Shown here: in pieces, positions 31,301 to 39,657 of the stretch
Position numbering within the stretch: position 1 is the stretch's first letter
Layout of the letters: each line of letters starts with the position of its first letter
Assembly: GCA_964393975.1 (NCBI GenBank)
Contig: CAYMVO010000004.1
Span: 4,101-68,100, forward strand
DNA from: an uncultured Lachnospiraceae bacterium
GTDB lineage: Bacteria; Bacillota; Clostridia; Christensenellales; UBA1242
DNA: 64,000 nucleotides
Direction of reading: 5' to 3'
Position numbers and translations under genes: made by a program
The notes under the pieces: model-generated
Told to the model about the DNA's origin: nothing
What the model saw: the letters and a program-made list of their open reading frames with translations, nothing else
Databases searched by the model: none

Positions 31301-32805
31301 TATAGCACCTTCAAACTCTTCTTAAATGCTTTCTTAAAATCTCCCGCTACAGTCCTAATCTCATTTGTATTGACCGCTTGTCCATTTGCGGTAGTCACGC
31401 TCAAAATACAATTATCACCCAACACATCGCAAATTGCGTGTCTTGCGTCACTAATTTTTACAATCAGTCTAGCAATCTTCACAATAACGGCTAGTTTTTT
31501 GACAATTTCCATATAAGAATCATCAGTGATAATATCCCTATGCACTAGCCATTGATTTATATCAAACTCATCTAGATTTTGACTCCCCGCCACAAACCCA
31601 GCGAGTAAGATTTCTAGATGCGAAGCACCTTTTATATCGCTATTTTGCGTCACATACAAACAATTTTTCTCAAAATTTTGATAATTTATACGCTTGCCAC
31701 ATTGCGACATATAAGAAGCAATTTTTAATATCCTATTGTGATGTTTTGTAAATCTATGGAGTACACGAAGTTCATCAAACAAATCATTTGCAATAGAGTA
31801 AATTTGCTCACATAACTCAACATTCTCGCCATAGAAATAATTGCAAGTCTCAAGACTAACAGTCAAAATATCAGGATAAAGTTTATCGCCATAGGTCTTT
31901 GAAAAATGTTCGTATAAAACGCCCTCAAAAATCTCCGTCGCACACACTCTAAATTCACCAATACAAAACTCATCAAATAGTGCCTTTATGATAGCTGTAC
32001 CACTAGCGACAATATCCGCTCTATCCGAACCTATACCCTTGATTTTCTTTGTCTTATCAGCGTCCAAATCTTGTATAATCTTATACGATTTACCAAACAC
32101 TTCTTGCGTGAGTAAATAGTTATGGTCACGATTGAATGAATATTTTGTGCCGAGTCTACAAATTTTAGCGAGATTTACAAAAGACTTGCCCATACCAATT
32201 AGTTTAAATTCCCCATCTTCAGCATCTAAAAAATCGCACGCTTTCAACTGCTCCTTGCAATACTCAACCATTTTATCCATTTTTTCACGAGGTGTGAGAT
32301 TTGCATTTTCAAACATTTCTGCTAAAGTGTTAGCACCAAAATCTATTACCATAGACTCAATTATATTTTTACGATTATACTTTACTATATATATACTATC
32401 GCTTTCAATATCGACCAATAGTCCCTTTGGTGTCTCTATTGTGTTAAAGCTACACAAATGTAAAATGTTTATATACGCACTGCCATAACTATCAAACTCA
32501 TATCCCGTATGACTAGATATTTCCTCTAGTAGCATACGATAATTTTTTATTTTTTCCACTCTAGGTGTGCAATAACATATCACCATATCACTATTATTTT
32601 CGGCGATGACATTTTTATAATACTTCAACACACCAATCGCCTCATTTACCCTTATAGGTTTAACATTGCCGTTTTGATGGTCAACTTCTAGTTTTATAAT
32701 CTCGCTTATCCTTTCATAAACGACAAACTGACCTCTTTCATTATAATTTGCAAAAACCAAATTAATACTATTTGTATCCAACTCTACCACAGCAAGTTTT
32801 TTCAT
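31300..32805 (-). CDS. Ppx/GppA family phosphatase with C-terminal HD-like domain
   Basis: Start set at MKKLAVVELD (ATG 32805, GAGGTG RBS). ELDTNSINLV matches the DIGSNSIRLV motif. TAA overlaps the next ATG by 1 nt (TAATG at 31300). Confidence 0.7.
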   Translation of the reverse strand: MKKLAVVELDTNSINLVFANYNERGQFVVYERISEIIKLEVDHQNGNVKPIRVNEAIGVLKYYKNVIAENNSDMVICYCTPRVEKIKNYRMLLEEISSHTGYEFDSYGSAYINILHLCSFNTIETPKGLLVDIESDSIYIVKYNRKNIIESMVIDFGANTLAEMFENANLTPREKMDKMVEYCKEQLKACDFLDAEDGEFKLIGMGKSFVNLAKICRLGTKYSFNRDHNYLLTQEVFGKSYKIIQDLDADKTKKIKGIGSDRADIVASGTAIIKALFDEFCIGEFRVCATEIFEGVLYEHFSKTYGDKLYPDILTVSLETCNYFYGENVELCEQIYSIANDLFDELRVLHRFTKHHNRILKIASYMSQCGKRINYQNFEKNCLYVTQNSDIKGASHLEILLAGFVAGSQNLDEFDINQWLVHRDIITDDSYMEIVKKLAVIVKIARLIVKISDARHAICDVLGDNCILSVTTANGQAVNTNEIRTVAGDFKKAFKKSLKVL

Positions 32806-32885
32806 CAAAAACACCTCTTTTTGTTTTTTTAATCTATATCAATATGTTTAGTATATCACACTTCTTTTAAAAAGTATAGTGATTT

Positions 32886-33236
32886 TTAAAAAACTGATTT
32901 TAAATGATTTATTTCATCATCGACAATTTCTATTATATCAAATCTGATTTTTTCTTCTAAAAGATTTTTCCTTTTTAAGTACATTGTAGCGCTAAAACGT
33001 ATATGCCGTATTTTATCTTGCGTGACTGCCTCACGTCCAAAGCCTTTACTTAGCGTACTCCTAGACTTCACTTCGACAAACACTATCCTATCCGCATCTT
33101 TTGCTATAATATCTATCTCGCCCATTTTGGTCTTATAGTTTTGCTCCAAGATTTTATATCCCAAGCCCTTTAAATACTTGACCGCTAGTCCCTCACCTTT
33201 CACACCTATTAAAAGGTTACTAGTCTTAAACTTCAC
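32886..33236 (-). CDS. YraN family endonuclease-like protein (UPF0102)
   Basis: 116 aa; GEGLAVKYLKGLGYKILEQNYKTKMGEIDIIAKD...VFVEVKSR. Confidence 0.85.
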   Translation of the reverse strand: MKFKTSNLLIGVKGEGLAVKYLKGLGYKILEQNYKTKMGEIDIIAKDADRIVFVEVKSRSTLSKGFGREAVTQDKIRHIRFSATMYLKRKNLLEEKIRFDIIEIVDDEINHLKSVF

Positions 33237-34084
33237 TTGAAATCCTCTATTTTATCCAAAATTTTATTGCCGAGTTTACCCGCTTTATAATCGGTGATGA
33301 CTCGCATAACTGCTCTATCATAATCAAGTTCATTACCTTTTAGTCTAAAACCTAATTTATTTGTTATGTTTTCTAGCACTTCATACCCTTCGCCCTCTAG
33401 ACTCACGCCGTAGCGGTCAATTAATGCAGTCGGGTTATTCTCTCTTAGCCACAAAATAAGCTCTATTGCAAGGTCGTCTTTTATAAGGACTTCTTCCTTT
33501 ATGCTACCTATAAACGCCAAGTGCTTAGCGATTTCTTGATTGTCAAAAGATGGCCAAAGCGTACCAGGTGTATCTAACACTTCTATCCAATCATCCACCT
33601 TTACCCACTGCTTTGTCTTTGTCACGCCCGCACGGTTGCCAGTGACCGCCTTAGCCTTGCCACAAAGGTTATTTGCGAGTGTACTTTTACCCGAATTTGG
33701 CACACCTAAAATCACCGCTCTAAAAGTCTTTTTTGCACCTTTTGAAAGATAAAAATCTATTCTCCCTTTTAAGACACTACGCAAGGCATTTAATATTTGC
33801 TTATTGCCACTAGCGGTACTATTGACCGCTACAGTAGTACTATTAGGTAGACTATCAAAATAATCTTTCCAAATCTTTAGCTCTTTTTCATCTACCAAAT
33901 CAGCTTTGTTGAGCACGTAAACAATAGGTTTATTATTTATTATACTCACAAAGGACGGATTTAGGCACGAATACGGCGCGCGACTATCTAACACATAGAG
34001 CACCGCATCAACATTTTTGATTTCTTCCCTTAGTACTTTTAAGGTCTTACGCATATGCCCAGGGAACCAATTAATCTTCATCAT
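33233..34084 (-). CDS. rbgA: ribosome biogenesis GTPase A (YlqF/RbgA)
   Basis: 283 aa; INWFPGHM, circularly permuted order NKADL then GVPNSGKST then DTPG. Confidence 0.9.
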   Translation of the reverse strand: MMKINWFPGHMRKTLKVLREEIKNVDAVLYVLDSRAPYSCLNPSFVSIINNKPIVYVLNKADLVDEKELKIWKDYFDSLPNSTTVAVNSTASGNKQILNALRSVLKGRIDFYLSKGAKKTFRAVILGVPNSGKSTLANNLCGKAKAVTGNRAGVTKTKQWVKVDDWIEVLDTPGTLWPSFDNQEIAKHLAFIGSIKEEVLIKDDLAIELILWLRENNPTALIDRYGVSLEGEGYEVLENITNKLGFRLKGNELDYDRAVMRVITDYKAGKLGNKILDKIEDFK

Positions 34085-34751
34085 TATCTCCTTTGAGCAG
34101 GTCAGGACGTCTCGCTTTTGTACGTATTAGACTTTGCTCTTTTCTCCATTTTTCTATGTTTGCGTGGTGTCCAGAAATTAGCACATTCGGGACTGTCACC
34201 CCCTCAAACTCATACGGTCTTGTGTACTGCGGATATTCAAGCAAGTTATTCTCAAAACTCTCCTCCCGTGTAGAGTCACTACTTAGCACATTTGGTATCA
34301 TACGACTAACACTATCCACTAGCACCATAGCGGGCAGTTCACCACCCGTTAGCACGTAATCACCTATACTAATCTCCTCATCTACATATAGGTCAATTAC
34401 TCTTTGGTCTACCCCTTCATAATGCCCGCAAAGTATGATTAGACTATCACACTTTGCCAAATCTTTCACAATTTTTTGAGTCAAAACTTTACCGCAAGGG
34501 CTCATAAATATTACTTTTGAATTGTCTTTTTTGACCGACTTTATAGCATTACAAATAGGCGCAGGTGTCATCACCATACCCGCACCTCCGCCAAAAGGTT
34601 CATCATCGCATTTTTGGTGTTTGTCCTCACTAAAATCTCTTATATTTATCACATTTAGCTCAAACAAATTACTATTTAGCGCTCGCCCCACAATACTACT
34701 ATGCAGAGCATCAAACATCTCAGGAAAAAGTGTCAAAATATCTATCTTCAT
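34071..34751 (-). CDS. trmD: tRNA (guanine37-N1)-methyltransferase
   Basis: 226 aa; MKIDILTLFPEMF, GGGAGMVM, GDYVLTGGELPAMVLVDSVSR. Confidence 0.95.
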   Translation of the reverse strand: MKIDILTLFPEMFDALHSSIVGRALNSNLFELNVINIRDFSEDKHQKCDDEPFGGGAGMVMTPAPICNAIKSVKKDNSKVIFMSPCGKVLTQKIVKDLAKCDSLIILCGHYEGVDQRVIDLYVDEEISIGDYVLTGGELPAMVLVDSVSRMIPNVLSSDSTREESFENNLLEYPQYTRPYEFEGVTVPNVLISGHHANIEKWRKEQSLIRTKARRPDLLKGDNDED

Positions 34752-35233
34752 ACCTTGACCTCGTCAAATCTCGCCTCATCAAGATACAACTTTTTATTCT
34801 CTTTGTCCAATCTCACCACCAAGTCCGCTAAGTATGGGAATTGCCATTTGCCGTACCTACCTTGTATGGTTATAACATCCGCCGAGCCGTATTGCTCGAC
34901 TGATAAAATATTGCCGTAGCACTCCTCACCGACATACACCGCCATACCAATCATATCTTGCACAAAGCACTCGCCCTCATCCAGTGTAATCTCCTCGCAC
35001 TCCGCAAAAATACTCATAGAATGAAGTGCTAACGCATCGTTTCTATCAAGCACACCCTCTAGTGTCATATACACAAAACCTAGTCTTTCCACCGCACTCT
35101 TGATATCGTAAAGTCTATTATTTATAGTGACTTGTTTGAGGTCCTTAAACCTATCATAACTTATAAACAAAACGACTTTCATCTCCCCTTTTATACCTTG
35201 CGGTTTCAAAATCTTACCTACTTCTACCTTCAT
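34748..35233 (-). CDS. rimM: 16S rRNA processing protein RimM
   Basis: Start set at ATG 35233 (MKVEVGKILKPQGIKGEMKV); overlaps trmD start; PRC-barrel C-terminus. Confidence 0.85.
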   Translation of the reverse strand: MKVEVGKILKPQGIKGEMKVVLFISYDRFKDLKQVTINNRLYDIKSAVERLGFVYMTLEGVLDRNDALALHSMSIFAECEEITLDEGECFVQDMIGMAVYVGEECYGNILSVEQYGSADVITIQGRYGKWQFPYLADLVVRLDKENKKLYLDEARFDEVKV

Positions 35234-35262
35234 ATTAACACCAACCTTTATCTTGTACACTC

Positions 35263-35291
35263 ATTATATCAAATATCTTTATATTTCGCAA
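35263..35291 (-). promoter_or_regulatory. sigma-A-type promoter directly upstream of rimM
   Basis: Minus strand TTGCGA-17 nt-TATAAT. Confidence 0.5.
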
Positions 35292-35700
35292 CTATAAAAA
35301 GAAAAAACACCGCAAATCTAAATAAAAATCTATCTCGCCCGCCGTGTTTTTTTGCAATCAAATTACTTACAATAGTTTAACTTACACAAAAAGTATCTTT
35401 TGTATATCCTATTTATATGTTTTTAATGATTTACATTGCTTCAAAAATCATTTTTGCAATGATTTTACACTCTTCAAAATTCTTTGTAATAATATTAACA
35501 TCAAAAGATTGAATAAAAATATTCATTATTTTCTTTGTTAAAATTGCTATATCACCTATCATTGCGAGTTGATAAACAATTCTCAATTTCTTTTATATAT
35601 GAATCGTATTAATTTTCAGGTGTAAAAGATATTATATCTATTGAATCTTATTCGTTTTTTTTGAGTTAACTTTTCTATATTCATTTAAAAAATTTAACAT

Positions 35701-36882
35701 TTAAAGTTCTTCCATAGTTAAAAAGTCTTTTAGTTTGATATGCTTTACAGTACTAGTAGAATAATCTATATCATCATTAGTAATAATTATTTTTTGCGAT
35801 AAATTGTCTATATCCTTAAAAGCATCAAACTCACGCTTGTACGCCTTATCCTCCACCACGCTATATGCGACTTGCACATAGTACTTTTTATTACCTTTTT
35901 GCGCTAAGAAATCTATCTCCTTACCATTGTTGTCAAAAACATATAGGTCATATCCCATATACAACAACTCATTATAAACAATGTTTTCTAGGTTGTGTGT
36001 CAAATCAAACTTATTATCCAAACACCTAATAGAGTTGAAAGAAACATCCTCGTTATAAACCTTTTTAAAATACGACAATTCCTTTTTAGTCTTTGTAGAA
36101 TACTGCTTTATAGAAGAAATTATATACGCCTCTTCAAGATAATCTAGGTATTTTATGATAGTATTTAAGGAACAATTTTCATTTTCACTATTTATATAAG
36201 TCTTTATTGATTTAGCGGAATATATCCTCGCATTAGAACGCAAAATATAGTTTACAATACTCTTAAACAAACTCTCTTTTTTAATATGATATCTATTTAT
36301 CAAATCATTTATGACAATGGTGTTATTAAGTTCATTTAGATACCTTAACCTCGCCTCATCTGTTTCAAACTCAAATCTTTTTGGAAAACCACCCCAAATA
36401 AGATAATCGGTCAAACTACAATCTTTATTAAGCTCCTTAGTATACTCTAAAATCTCCTTGTATACAAAAGGTCGTACTTGAAAAGAAACATATCTACCGC
36501 TAAGTTCTTTAATAAATTCTTTTGATAAAAGCCTAGAATTTGAACCCGTAATAAATAGTGAAGTATTATCCAATCTTAAAGTCTTACAAGCAATTTGCCA
36601 ATCAGCCAAGTTTTGTATCTCATCAAAAAACAAATAACACTTGCCATCCTTTTTATGAGCATCAACAAAATCTATCAAATCGGTAGCGGTTTTTATATTT
36701 GAACTAACCCTCGTATCTTCAAAATTTAAATAAATAATATTGTCGGTCTTTTTCGCTATTTCATTTTTAATTTGCTCCAAGATTACCGATTTACCACATC
36801 TACGAATACCCGTAATAATTTTTATCAAATCAGACTCATAAAAATCTCTAACTGGTGCAATATAGTGTTCTCTAAAAATCAT
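35701..36882 (-). CDS. AAA ATPase of the AAA_14/DUF4143 type (COG1373-like), copy 1
   Basis: 393 aa; Walker A GIRRCGKS, Walker B YLFFDEIQ; C-terminal half typical of DUF4143 proteins. Confidence 0.7.
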   Translation of the reverse strand: MIFREHYIAPVRDFYESDLIKIITGIRRCGKSVILEQIKNEIAKKTDNIIYLNFEDTRVSSNIKTATDLIDFVDAHKKDGKCYLFFDEIQNLADWQIACKTLRLDNTSLFITGSNSRLLSKEFIKELSGRYVSFQVRPFVYKEILEYTKELNKDCSLTDYLIWGGFPKRFEFETDEARLRYLNELNNTIVINDLINRYHIKKESLFKSIVNYILRSNARIYSAKSIKTYINSENENCSLNTIIKYLDYLEEAYIISSIKQYSTKTKKELSYFKKVYNEDVSFNSIRCLDNKFDLTHNLENIVYNELLYMGYDLYVFDNNGKEIDFLAQKGNKKYYVQVAYSVVEDKAYKREFDAFKDIDNLSQKIIITNDDIDYSTSTVKHIKLKDFLTMEEL

Positions 36883-36904
36883 AAACTTTCACCTCGCTAC
36901 ACAT

Positions 36905-36933
36905 ATTATACTGAAACATTTTGCAAAAGTCAA
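36905..36933 (-). promoter_or_regulatory. consensus sigma-A promoter of ATPase copy 1
   Basis: Minus strand TTGACT-17 nt-TATAAT (plus strand agtcaa 36928-36933, attata 36905-36910). Confidence 0.6.
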
Positions 36934-36988
36934 GCAAATGTTTCACTGCCACTGAAACATTTTACACAAAAACACAAAATGTTTCAGT
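36910..36988. repeat. four TGAAACATTT half-sites forming two tandem palindromes
   Basis: ACTGAAACATTTT at 36910-36922 and 36951-36963; inverted AAAATGTTTCAGT at 36976-36988; inverted AAATGTTTCA at 36936-36945. Confidence 0.8.
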
Positions 36989-37048
36989 AGAAAACACACA
37001 TTTCATTACATTAAACAAAAAAGACACCAAATGGTATCTTTTGTAATA

Positions 37049-37354
37049 TTAGTTTTCGCTAGATTCAGCTTTTTCTTCTTTTTTCTTAAACACTTTGGTG
37101 CAAGGTTTTTTCTCAATGATACCAGCTTTTTCTAGCAAAGCTTTTGCTGTATCGGTAGGTTGAGCGCCTTTAACGAGCCAAGCGTTTACCTTGTCAGCGT
37201 CAAGTTTGATTTGTACTGGATCCACAAGTGGATTGTAGGTACCTAATACTTCAATAAACTTGCCGTCTCTAGGGCTACGAGAATCAGCAACAACTACTCT
37301 ATAAAATGGAGATTTTTTGTCACCAAGTCTTGTCAAACGAATTTTTACCATAAT
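37049..37354 (-). CDS. rpsP: 30S ribosomal protein S16
   Basis: Start set at [30 protein letters not shown] (ATG 37354, AAGGAG RBS); Lys/Glu-rich C-terminal extension. Confidence 0.9.
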   Translation of the reverse strand: MMVKIRLTRLGDKKSPFYRVVVADSRSPRDGKFIEVLGTYNPLVDPVQIKLDADKVNAWLVKGAQPTDTAKALLEKAGIIEKKPCTKVFKKKEEKAESSEN

Positions 37355-37409
37355 ATTTTTCTCCTTATAAGTTTTATATATGTTACACCGCTTCAAAAGC
37401 GAAAATAAC

Positions 37410-38723
37410 CTAAAATTTAAATTTTTTGTTTTTACCAAACTGTTTCATCATACTCTTAGTCTGTTCATACTGTTTGATTAGAGCGTTTACCTCTTGTATA
37501 GAGGTCCCGCTACCTAGTGCAATTCTCTTTTTGCGACTACCGTTTAAAAGCGCAGGGTTTCGCCTCTCTTTAACGGTCATTGACTGGATAATTGCCTTGT
37601 TGCGTTTTAATTGGTTCTCATCTATTTGCTTGATTTGTCCGCCGAGTTTCCCACTCAAGCCAGGTATCATAGCAATCAAATCGTTGATATTACCCATTTT
37701 GTTGATTTTATCAAATTGAACCAAATAATCCTCAAAGGTAAAACTATTTTCACGCAACATTTTTTCGTATTGTTTTGCCTCGTCCTCGGATATTGCTTCT
37801 TGTGCTTTTTCAATGAGTGACAACACATCACCCATCCCCAAAATTCTACTCGCCATTCTGTCTGGGTAGAAAGGCTCTATATCGCCGACCTTTTCACCTA
37901 CACCGCAAAATTTTATAGGTTTGCCCGTAATCGCCTTTATACTTAGCGCCGAACCGCCACGAGTGTCACCATCTAGTTTTGTTAGGATAACGCCCGTGAT
38001 ATCTAGTTTCTCATCAAAAGTCTTTGCCACCGTCACCGCATCTTGACCTGTCATAGCGTCCACAGTCAAAAGTATCTCCTTAGGTGCGACCTCTTGCTTT
38101 ATGGAAATCAACTCGCCCATAAGCGTCTCATCTATATGGAGTCTACCCGCCGTATCTATGATAACTACATCAAAGCCTTGTGATTTTGCGTGTGCGATAG
38201 CCTCTTTTGCGGTCTTGATAGGACTCTGTGTACCTCTCTCAAACACCTCAGTATTGACCTGCTTACCCACCACTTTTAGTTGGTCAATCGCAGCAGGTCT
38301 ATAAATATCGCACGCTACTAAAAGCGGTTTTTTACCTTGTTTTTTGAGATTGCCAGCGAGCTTTGCGCACATAGTAGTCTTACCCGCACCTTGCAAACCG
38401 CACATCATAATGACGGTCGGTGGAGCTGATGCAAACACAATTTTTGCGTGTTCGCTACCCATAAGCTTCACAAGCTCTTCATTGACTATCTTAATGACTT
38501 GTTGACCAGGAGTTAGACTCTTCATAACATCTTGTCCGACTGCCTTCTCACTGACCTCACTAATAAAATTTTTCGCTACCGCAAAATTTACATCCGCCTC
38601 AAGCAGTGCGACTCTTATCTCACGCATAGCCTCTTTTATTTCTAGTTCTGTGAGCTTACCTTTTTTGGTAAGTTTGCTAAATATATGATTTAATCGTTCA
38701 CTAAGCGAACTAAATACTGCCAT
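37410..38723 (-). CDS. ffh: signal recognition particle protein Ffh
   Basis: 437 aa; [20 protein letters not shown], Met-rich M domain. Confidence 0.97.
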   Translation of the reverse strand: MAVFSSLSERLNHIFSKLTKKGKLTELEIKEAMREIRVALLEADVNFAVAKNFISEVSEKAVGQDVMKSLTPGQQVIKIVNEELVKLMGSEHAKIVFASAPPTVIMMCGLQGAGKTTMCAKLAGNLKKQGKKPLLVACDIYRPAAIDQLKVVGKQVNTEVFERGTQSPIKTAKEAIAHAKSQGFDVVIIDTAGRLHIDETLMGELISIKQEVAPKEILLTVDAMTGQDAVTVAKTFDEKLDITGVILTKLDGDTRGGSALSIKAITGKPIKFCGVGEKVGDIEPFYPDRMASRILGMGDVLSLIEKAQEAISEDEAKQYEKMLRENSFTFEDYLVQFDKINKMGNINDLIAMIPGLSGKLGGQIKQIDENQLKRNKAIIQSMTVKERRNPALLNGSRKKRIALGSGTSIQEVNALIKQYEQTKSMMKQFGKNKKFKF

Positions 38724-38740
38724 AACTACTCCTTTTGACC

Positions 38741-39040
38741 TTACTCTCCACTAAACACACCGTCTACAAAATCTAGCACGACCTTATCCGCAATGCCTGC
38801 TCTCAAGCCTCTCCACTCCCGCTTTTTTCTAGCGAGACAAAGACACGCCTCTAATCTATCCAACTTTTGCAACGCTTTGTCTCTCGTATCCTTGACACCT
38901 TGCTTGCTAATGTCCAAATTTTCCGCTATCTCATTTAGACTCGTGTCATAGCGATAGTAATCTGTCATAATCTGCCTTTGGTTATCGGTAAGAAGCCCCT
39001 CATAGCAATCAAGCATATCACAAATAAACTCATTATCCAT
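38741..39040 (-). CDS. ylxM: YlxM/p13-like putative DNA-binding protein (UPF0122)
   Basis: 99 aa; LLTDNQRQIMTDYYRYDTSLNEIAENLDISKQGVKD; canonical position upstream of ffh. Confidence 0.85.
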   Translation of the reverse strand: MDNEFICDMLDCYEGLLTDNQRQIMTDYYRYDTSLNEIAENLDISKQGVKDTRDKALQKLDRLEACLCLARKKREWRGLRAGIADKVVLDFVDGVFSGE

Positions 39041-39103
39041 ACTCGCACCCCGTAAACCTATTATACTTTACCACACACGAAATCAATTGTCAAGTGTTTT
39101 TAT

Positions 39104-39134
39104 AAAAAAATAGTTTGATTTACGCAAATCAAAC
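39104..39134 (-). terminator. intrinsic terminator after the CPCC gene
   Basis: Minus strand GTTTGATTT-gcgt-AAATCAAAC followed by TATTTTTTT. Confidence 0.75.
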
Positions 39135-39145
39135 GCTCTATCAAA

Positions 39146-39478
39146 CTACTCAATATCTTGTTCTCTTTTTAATAACTCTTCATTTTCTTTCTTAAAATGT
39201 GTTTGATAATATTTTTCCGATAATTCTATTGCCAAAAAAATATTCGGTTCACTCTGTAAAACATCCTTATTTTCTTCCCAAAACTTTTTGTATTGATTTA
39301 AACTCATTTCATTTGTACCACCCATATAATTAGGATAATCATTTTGAATATCGTCATCTTCCCAACCGCAAAACCTACAAACTTGATAACTGTATTCAAT
39401 ATCACTAAGTCCGCACACTTTACATTTGTACGGTGGGCATTCCATCATTTTACCTGTTCTTTTATTTTCAAAATACAT
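39146..39478 (-). CDS. cysteine-rich CPCC domain protein
   Basis: CKVCGLSDIEYSYQVCRFCGWEDDDIQ...GGTNEMSLNQYKKFWEEN matches the CPCC pattern. Start uncertain (ATG 39478 chosen; ORF open to 39520). Confidence 0.6.
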   Translation of the reverse strand: MYFENKRTGKMMECPPYKCKVCGLSDIEYSYQVCRFCGWEDDDIQNDYPNYMGGTNEMSLNQYKKFWEENKDVLQSEPNIFLAIELSEKYYQTHFKKENEELLKREQDIE

Positions 39479-39657
39479 ATTTGTCACCCATAAATTTATT
39501 TGCATTATATATGATAACACAATACCCCTTAAAAAGCAAATTTTAGTTTGTTGATTTAAAAATTGATGGTCAAAAGGTAAAAATTTATTAAAATCATTGT
39601 AAAAATCTAGGAAATTTGCTATACTATTTTGAATTTTATTTTTTTAAGGAAGTATTT

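Noticed and set aside
35380-35520. 43-codon minus-strand ORF (MIGDIAILTKKIMNIFIQSFDVNIITKNFEECKIIAKMIFEAM) between ATPase copy 1 and rimM; also the plus-strand track ORFs 35132..35541
   Set aside because: No SD sequence and no recognisable family. The coordinates are approximate. It is likely chance ORFs in AT-rich spacer DNA.
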